Positions 62,373 to 64,000 of a stretch of 64,000 nucleotides of DNA are shown piece by piece. The stretch's first letter is position 1, and each line of letters starts with the position of its first letter. The DNA lies in the NCBI GenBank assembly GCA_965205025.1, contig CBDBFU010000014.1, positions 64,001 through 128,000 on the forward strand. Reading direction: 5' to 3'. Below the pieces are notes generated by a model. The model was not told the origin of the DNA. It was given only the letters and a program-made list of their open reading frames with translations, and made no database searches. The stretch comes from Candidatus Poribacteria bacterium. GTDB taxonomy: Bacteria; Poribacteria; WGA-4E; WGA-3G. The position numbers were made by a program, and so were the translations under genes.

Positions 62373-62413
62373 AACAACGTCTATTAGTTTTTATTATTGG
62401 CGAAGGTATTGAT

Positions 62414-63163
62414 ATGTATCGCAACCTTTTTAACAAATGGATACTCGGCGGTATCGTCTTTCTCGTTATCTTTGCGGGATTGTGTTATCTCTATTACCAC
62501 CACACGACAGCTCCATATAGAGAAAACACAGCCGAACTTGATCGGATTAGACGTCAATCTGAAAAGCAACGCATTGCACCGACTGCCAAATCGACAGAAC
62601 AGGCAGCTGATGTCCCTGCGGATAGCACAACGCCAACCGCAGAGAAACCCCTAACAGAAACACACGTGACCGAAGACACAGAAATGGAAGCCCCCGCACA
62701 TACTGTGAAAGCAGAAAAAGGTATAAAAACGCCACAAGAGGAATCGCAAGACATCCCTGTTTCACCGCACGGGTTTGGCGCGTTCCCCGATGTTCCGCAA
62801 GGATTCCCCGCAAATATCAGGATACCCTGGCAATGGCAAGAGATTCCTTATGATGCTCCAAAAGAACTCGCAGTCCGTGTACTCATAAAATTGTGGGAAC
62901 AAGGGGATACACGTTTTACCGGCGCACAGTATACAGATGATTATAAAATATATCCGTATTATCCGAATACGGCTTATGTGAGATATAGGAACACAATAGA
63001 TGAAGATGGAACACCTGTCAGATATATCAGCGGTATTAGAGGCGGACCTGATCTTCCTGAGATTACTTCTGAGATGTTGGATTCAGGGGTCATTCCTGGT
63101 GTTCAGTTGATTAGTGAAGAACAGGGCGGAATTGATGCTCTGCAATTTCTAAATTTAGAATAG
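62414..63163 (+). CDS. Membrane-anchored hypothetical protein, paralog 4
   Basis: NKWILGG TM, TAPYR, VSPHGFGAFPDVP, RVLIKLWEQGD, IYPYYPNTAYVRY, GIDALQFLNL. Confidence 0.82.
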   Translation: MYRNLFNKWILGGIVFLVIFAGLCYLYYHHTTAPYRENTAELDRIRRQSEKQRIAPTAKSTEQAADVPADSTTPTAEKPLTETHVTEDTEMEAPAHTVKAEKGIKTPQEESQDIPVSPHGFGAFPDVPQGFPANIRIPWQWQEIPYDAPKELAVRVLIKLWEQGDTRFTGAQYTDDYKIYPYYPNTAYVRYRNTIDEDGTPVRYISGIRGGPDLPEITSEMLDSGVIPGVQLISEEQGGIDALQFLNLE

Positions 63164-63203
63164 GAGATAATTTATGTTTAAGAAGTTGTTCTTTGGAATT
63201 ACT

Positions 63204-63470
63204 TGAAGTGCCCCCGTTTATTCAGACCACAAATTAGCATAGTTAAGACAAGTTTTTTCGTTGAAATTCTATAGGTGTCAAATACCCTAACGCCGAATGT
63301 GGTCGTTTTTGGTGATACACCTGAGTGATAAAATGTCCAATACGTTCTTGAACTTCGTGAATGTCCTCATAGTCGTTGAGATGAACTTCTTCTTCCTTGA
63401 GGGTGCGGATAAGTCTTTCAGCATATCCGTTCTCCCAAGGACACCCTCTATGAGCGTCGGTATTAGAAGG
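63204..63470. mobile_element. IS3-like element end / remnant
   Basis: TGAAGTGCCCCC...TCAGAC terminal-type sequence interrupts an ORF starting at 63174; no transposase core present. Confidence 0.45.
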
Positions 63471-63572
63471 TGCGTATAATTTTTTAAAATAATTGTCATA
63501 AGATCCCGTATATGCTACAATAATCTATTGAAACACCTTACAGAAAACGGAGCACACGGCAATAATTCAGAT

Positions 63573-64000
63573 ATGACCTTTCAAGAAATAATATTAGCTT
63601 TAGAGAAATTTTGGGCAGACCAAGGATGCATCATTCAACAACCATGCGATATAGAAGTCGGAGCAGGAACATTTAACCCAGCAACATTCCTACGATGTCT
63701 CGGTCCAGAACCATGGAAAGTCGCTTATGTCGAACCTGTCCGAAGACCAACCGACGGTAGATATGCTGAAAACCCTTTCCGACTCGGGGCATACTACCAA
63801 TATCAAGTCATCTTAAAACCAGCCCCCGAAAATGTACTACCCCTTTACTTGGAGAGTCTTTATCATCTCGGTATTTCTCCGCGGAAAAACGACATTCGCT
63901 TTGTAGAAGACGACTGGGAATCACCTACCCTCGGGGCTTCTGGTCTCGGATGGGAAGTTTGGTGGAACGGTGCTGAGGTCACACAATTCACATATTTTCA
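63573..64000 (+). CDS. glyQ: Glycine--tRNA ligase alpha subunit (partial, runs off window)
   Basis: [57 protein letters not shown]. Confidence 0.96.
   Translation, partial: MTFQEIILALEKFWADQGCIIQQPCDIEVGAGTFNPATFLRCLGPEPWKVAYVEPVRRPTDGRYAENPFRLGAYYQYQVILKPAPENVLPLYLESLYHLGISPRKNDIRFVEDDWESPTLGASGLGWEVWWNGAEVTQFTYF

Noticed and set aside
156-63499. Numerous 60-130 aa antisense or overlapping ORFs in the track
   Set aside because: They are shadows of well-supported genes on the opposite strand or in another frame, with no independent evidence.

Overview
Low-GC bacterial genomic window, most consistent with a Candidatus Poribacteria-like organism. This is an inference from the PhyH dioxygenase and Gfo/Idh/MocA paralogs, the C-terminally extended ECF sigma factors and the TolB-like proteins ending in a V-S-x-x-x-K-x-x-x-W-G-x-L-K tail. 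Positions 1-32 kb and 44-50.8 kb are mostly housekeeping, metabolic and envelope genes (queF, sppA, pcm, a PorV-like barrel with a FlgD-Ig cargo, thrB, a cis-prenyltransferase, rsgA, glgB, a Lol-like ABC system, nadC), and glyQ starts at the right edge. Positions 32-44 kb and 50.8-63.5 kb are accessory regions dense in IS remnants, MITEs and REP-like hairpins. The most unusual elements are: (1) two ECF sigma factors fused in frame to cargo domains that keep their own Shine-Dalgarno and ATG, one cargo being an S9 peptidase with Ser->Gly at the nucleophile, both preceded by a shared TGCACC-N15-CGCG(T/A)C motif; (2) tandem cassettes of a variable secreted protein plus a TolB-like propeller, sharing a leader and facing a divergent sigma fragment with twin CCTAAAC-N14-YGTATATA motifs; (3) four paralogs of an unknown membrane-anchored protein, three directly followed by a partner ORF start, with shared upstream DNA; (4) an intact P-type ATPase with most signature motifs degenerate. 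No rRNA, tRNA or CRISPR array was seen. Many +1/+2 frameshifts between 36 and 53 kb may be consensus errors rather than real pseudogenes.
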